Part shown: positions 43,042 through 46,229 of the stretch, in pieces
How the letters are laid out: every line of letters starts with the position of its first letter
How positions within the stretch are numbered: the first letter of the stretch is position 1
IMG/VR virus record: IMGVR_UViG_3300033067_001335
Location: 1-46,229 of that record
DNA: 46,229 nt
Direction: 5' to 3' (one strand)
DNA from: a virus
Taxonomy: Duplodnaviria; Caudoviricetes
The notes under the pieces: generated by a model
Seen by the model: only the letters and a program-made list of their open reading frames with translations
Told to the model about the DNA's origin: nothing
The model's database searches: none
Position numbers and translations under genes: made by a program

Positions 43042-43338
43042 TCAGCCGCCTGCGATCTTGGGTGGGTGACCCCCATCAACGAGCATCGGCGCGCACACCC
43101 CATTGCCGCCGATGTCCACTGATCGCTTGAGACCGTAATGCTCAGCCACTACATCAGCAGCCGCATATAGCATGCGGCCAATGAGCACCATGGACGCGGA
43201 GCGCCGTAGCTGCCCCACCGCGCGCATCTCACGCGCCACGGCGAGCAAGCCCTCGCGCACAATCAGCCATGTGCGTCGCTCGTTGCCGATTTCAGAATAT
43301 GCTGCTGTGTTTGCCGTTGAGGGTATTGTTTGTGCCAT
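43042..43338 (-). CDS. Hypothetical protein
   Basis: GGAGGT RBS; 98 aa. Confidence 0.7.
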   Translation of the reverse strand: MAQTIPSTANTAAYSEIGNERRTWLIVREGLLAVAREMRAVGQLRRSASMVLIGRMLYAAADVVAEHYGLKRSVDIGGNGVCAPMLVDGGHPPKIAGG

Positions 43339-43356
43339 AGACCTCCAGTGAATGAG

Positions 43357-43959
43357 TTAGGGGTTGTCCTCTAGCCGCTCTTGCGCGGCGCGGACCAGTT
43401 CGTTGAACACTTGCGCCGGGTCGATGCCAGCGGCCTCCAGTTTGTTGCGCCAATTGATTTCGATGGTTTCGGTGAATAGCTTGTGATGCTTGCCGAGGAG
43501 GGCCAAGGCCTCTTGGGCGCTGTAGAGCTCCAGCTCGGTGTAGATCTCAATGCTGGTGTCAGCCAACTTCCGTTCGCGGGTTTTGTATTTCTTGACCAGT
43601 GGACCAAGCCGCCGTCGACGCAGCGCCTCAAGCTCTAACTGTGCCGCCGCCTCTTTGGTTTGCGCTTCCATGAGCTTATCAAGCGCCTCGCGGTCGAAGA
43701 TGTTGACACGCCCGCGCTGGTCCACAAAATCGAGCATATTGGCGCGTGCCTGATGGCTCAAGCGCACCAGCACTTCATCGGCCCCCATCTGCAATTCGGT
43801 CAGCCGCTCTTTTATGGCAAGCTTAATGTCATCATTTGTAAGCAATCGCGCACCAATTTGGCGCGCGGCTTTGACCGAGTAACCAGCAAGACGCGCCGCC
43901 TCAGCTGCATTCCAGCACTGTAGGTAATGCTCCAGAAAGGCTTGTTGCTTTGCGTTCAT
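43357..43959 (-). CDS. terS: Terminase small subunit
   Basis: KQQAFLEHYL..WNAAEAARLAGYS...GARLL; ELYSAQEALALLGKH. Confidence 0.92.
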   Translation of the reverse strand: MNAKQQAFLEHYLQCWNAAEAARLAGYSVKAARQIGARLLTNDDIKLAIKERLTELQMGADEVLVRLSHQARANMLDFVDQRGRVNIFDREALDKLMEAQTKEAAAQLELEALRRRRLGPLVKKYKTRERKLADTSIEIYTELELYSAQEALALLGKHHKLFTETIEINWRNKLEAAGIDPAQVFNELVRAAQERLEDNP

Positions 43960-44267
43960 AAGGGCCGGGCCGTCTCCCCCACCACCAAGCACACGGCGCG
44001 CGTGATTGCCCGCCGGTGGGCGTCGACGAGTGGTATCTGCTCATCAAGGCCATCGCCCAGCCGCTCCAGCTGGGCACAGAGGACCATCATCACGGCCAGC
44101 GAAAGCGTTAACACCTCGTCGCCATACGGTGTGTCGTTGGGGTGCCGGGCGCGATCGAGTGTGTCTGTGGCATAGGCCAAATCGGGCAGGTCATCGCGTG
44201 TGGCGCGATTACGCACGGCCAGCACACGCAATCGATCAAGGGTGGCAGCAGTTAGAACGGGGATCAT
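43956..44267 (-). CDS. Hypothetical protein
   Basis: GGAGG RBS; ATGA coupling on both sides. Confidence 0.7.
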   Translation of the reverse strand: MIPVLTAATLDRLRVLAVRNRATRDDLPDLAYATDTLDRARHPNDTPYGDEVLTLSLAVMMVLCAQLERLGDGLDEQIPLVDAHRRAITRAVCLVVGETARPL

Positions 44268-44467
44268 GGGTGCGTGCCTCCGATGAAGGCGATCACAATC
44301 GAGCCAAGGATGCCAATGGCCACGCCGATGGCCAGATAGGTATAGCGCTGATCATCGAGCGCGGCGATGTAGCTGCGCAACTGCCGCCATTGATCGAGCA
44401 CGGTTGGGCTTGGGTTGGCCTTCAGATGCGCATCGATGGCGGTGATGACCGGCTCGATATCGATCAC
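44264..44467 (-). CDS. Small membrane protein
   Basis: GGAG RBS, GTGA overlap, C-terminal TM helix. Confidence 0.65.
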   Translation of the reverse strand: MIDIEPVITAIDAHLKANPSPTVLDQWRQLRSYIAALDDQRYTYLAIGVAIGILGSIVIAFIGGTHP

Positions 44468-44664
44468 GGCAATAACTCCCGCGCCACGAAGCCCGCGGCA
44501 AAGCAGCCGAGGATCAAGGCGGTGGTCTTGATCCCGAATGCAAAGATTGATGCCACGCCGAGGATGACAGTGACAATGCAAGCGAATGCGATGACGATCA
44601 GGCCTGCGGCCTCGGCGGGTTGCAGGCCTGATCGTGGCTTGGGCTGATTGGGTCGGCCCCTCAT
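44464..44664 (-). CDS. Small two-TM membrane protein
   Basis: ATGA coupling; two hydrophobic segments. Confidence 0.65.
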   Translation of the reverse strand: MRGRPNQPKPRSGLQPAEAAGLIVIAFACIVTVILGVASIFAFGIKTTALILGCFAAGFVARELLP

Positions 44665-44945
44665 ACGCTCGCCCCCAGTTCGCTAAATAGCAAGCCAAAC
44701 AACTCCGCCGGCACCACGATGTGCGCGCCATCGGAGAGCGCGACGATGTAATCACCGGCGGCACCGGGTTGCTCGATTACGGCGGCGGTGTCATCCGCGC
44801 CAATGCGAGTGGCCACGACAAAGGCCTGCATGATCTGCACCGCGGTGTCGACCGGCTTGGGCGCGATCGCCTGCCACGCGCTAGGCGGGATCGCTCTGGC
44901 TTTGCGGTTGACGTAGAGGGTAATTGGGTTGGGGGTGTTGGTCAT
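44661..44945 (-). CDS. Hypothetical protein (PGDYG-like)
   Basis: GAAGDYIV...HIVVPAELF..LF. Confidence 0.7.
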   Translation of the reverse strand: MTNTPNPITLYVNRKARAIPPSAWQAIAPKPVDTAVQIMQAFVVATRIGADDTAAVIEQPGAAGDYIVALSDGAHIVVPAELFGLLFSELGASV

Positions 44946-45250
44946 ACTGATCGCAGCTCCCCGTTGGTTAGATATCCATGCCAGCCGGGTTTGTTCCAGT
45001 TTGGATGGCGGTCAATGGATGGGCTGAGTGTTGGCGCCTCTTTGTTGCCATCCCACTGCCACCCATCACCAACTATTGGGAGGCGGACGAAGTCGCCACG
45101 CGGAGATCCGTCGGGCGTCGATAGCAAGATCGCCACGACGGCATTACCGTCAAAATCAAACGACCAATCGCCCGGCATGTATTGAGTTGCAAACTCGTTT
45201 TGATCCGGGATGTATCGGCCTTTGGCGTTGTCTTTGTTGTAGTCGCTCAT
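44942..45250 (-). CDS. DUF6527-like protein
   Basis: WQWDGNKEAPTLSPSI...WHGYLTNG; ATGA coupling. Confidence 0.75.
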   Translation of the reverse strand: MSDYNKDNAKGRYIPDQNEFATQYMPGDWSFDFDGNAVVAILLSTPDGSPRGDFVRLPIVGDGWQWDGNKEAPTLSPSIDRHPNWNKPGWHGYLTNGELRSV

Positions 45251-45459
45251 ACTTCTATCTGCATTCGCGGTCGATCCCGGCGCATGATGGCCACCAGTTC
45301 GCCCACTCGGTCGCGCCGCTCCATGGCCTCGACGAGGTCCAGTGCGCGCTCGGCTCGGTTCTCTCCGTCTAGGTGTTCCCACGGGTAATCCAACTCGGCA
45401 GCCAGCATCCTCAACTCCCCCTCCGAAAAGTGATCGTCCAGTGCCCGCGCAATCGTCAC
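45247..45459 (-). CDS. Stand-alone effector-associated domain (EAD7-like helical bundle)
   Basis: LDDHFSEGELRMLAAELDYPWEHLDGENRAERALDLVEAMERRDRVGELVAIMRRDRP. Confidence 0.7.
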   Translation of the reverse strand: MTIARALDDHFSEGELRMLAAELDYPWEHLDGENRAERALDLVEAMERRDRVGELVAIMRRDRPRMQIEV

Positions 45460-45713
45460 CCGCCGTGCCCGAGCAAGGCCTGCGCTCGCGCCTTCGCTTG
45501 GGCTAATTCGTTTGGGTAAAACTGATGCAACACAGCAGCGTGTGCAGCAATGTCAGCTTGTAGTGCGCGTTTCTCAGCTTCGAGCACAGCAATCCGATCC
45601 TGGTCGCTTCTGAAGCGGCGAAACAATATCGCGCTGATCACGATGGCTAGCATTGCGATGAGCATTGCAAGCACAACCATCGTTACGAGGAGGGTATACA
45701 GATCAAGCGTCAT
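45456..45713 (-). CDS. Membrane protein with coiled coil (lysis-module accessory)
   Basis: Long N-terminal TM then RIAVLEAEKRALQ. Confidence 0.7.
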   Translation of the reverse strand: MTLDLYTLLVTMVVLAMLIAMLAIVISAILFRRFRSDQDRIAVLEAEKRALQADIAAHAAVLHQFYPNELAQAKARAQALLGHGG

Positions 45714-45758
45714 GATTTGGGTTAGGGCGCGGCTTATGCGTGCTGCGGTGAGACCTCC

Positions 45759-46229
45759 TTACAACCACATGATGGCGCGACGCTGGGCCAATGTCGGGCC
45801 AGGCGCGCTGGTGGCCATGGGCAAGATGCCGCGCGCCCCCTCGCCGGTGTCTACACTCTGATCCACTGCCGTGGCAATAGGAACGGCCACGGTGACTCCC
45901 TCAATGTCGTCGAATGCCCTGAGTTTGTGCAGCTCAGCGAGCAACCCAGCCTTGATCGTGTCCTGGTCAAGATCGATGCCGTAACGGTTTAGCTCGTCGT
46001 CAGCAATGCGAATGGCATAGGCCAGCGCGTCGAATGCGCCTTGGGCCAGCGCCACGCGGATGCGCTCGGCTTCAGTGCTGTGCGCGGCCATCTCCAGCGT
46101 GGCCCTGATGAATGCGCGCTGCGACGCATCGAGCCGGGCGGCGATGAATGCAGTGATCGCCGGTACCAGCTTGCGCGCCACATAGGCGGCGATGGCTGAG
46201 ACCGCGATGGGAATCAGCAGTTGAATCAG
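45759..46229 (-). CDS. Partial holin (LL-H-like), 5'-truncated
   Basis: Frame open to the window edge (LIQLLIPIAVSAIAAYV TM); AAHSTE...L.RYGIDLD...I.A.L.AEL pattern. Confidence 0.6.
   Translation of the reverse strand: MIQLLIPIAVSAIAAYVARKLVPAITAFIAARLDASQRAFIRATLEMAAHSTEAERIRVALAQGAFDALAYAIRIADDELNRYGIDLDQDTIKAGLLAELHKLRAFDDIEGVTVAVPIATAVDQSVDTGEGARGILPMATSAPGPTLAQRRAIMWL

Larger units (their letters stand above)
1..46229. mobile_element. Temperate tailed phage (siphovirus), near-complete, probable Chloroflexota host
   Basis: Repressor switch, replication initiator, recombinases, terS/terL, portal, capsid, tail tube, tape measure, Dit-like and holin-like genes; no sheath gene; no host housekeeping genes. 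Confidence 0.95.

Noticed and set aside
1-46229. tRNA genes (including tRNA-Sec), endolysin, tail sheath, ParA/ParB, genome-wide stop-codon recoding
   Set aside because: None recognised by eye; endolysin probably lies beyond the right edge; TGA, TAG and TAA all serve as normal stops in coupled genes

Overview
A near-complete, GC-rich temperate siphovirus genome, truncated at both window edges; no host genes are recognisable. The host is probably Chloroflexota (inferred from (F/H)LP(S/V)V-type motifs in secreted proteins and a Chloroflexota-like EAD domain). Layout: short leftward accessory and immunity block with a cI-like repressor (to 2623); divergent promoter/operator switch; long rightward early arm (2753-19626) with RHH Cro analogue, VRR-NUC nuclease, replication initiator with internal iterons, Gp37/Gp68, a membrane-protein/RuvB-like module, NDT-like, ASCH, MazG-like genes and two site-specific recombinases; converging leftward late arm (46229-19633) with lysis, terS, a 6.7 kb fibre/accessory cassette, terL, portal, head, neck and tail genes. 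Strongest unexplained signals: (1) a GDCCVxC selenoprotein gene missed by the ORF track (in-frame TGA plus SECIS-like hairpin, 18176-18397); (2) a polytopic membrane protein with a likely -1 frameshifted basic tail, lying over 12 exact GGGACAC repeats, next to an orphan RuvB-like motor; (3) two copies of a promoter-attenuator RNA ahead of the late operons; (4) a dif-like site overlapping the tyrosine recombinase promoter; (5) a stand-alone EAD-like domain. All family calls come from motif recognition by eye; no searches were run.
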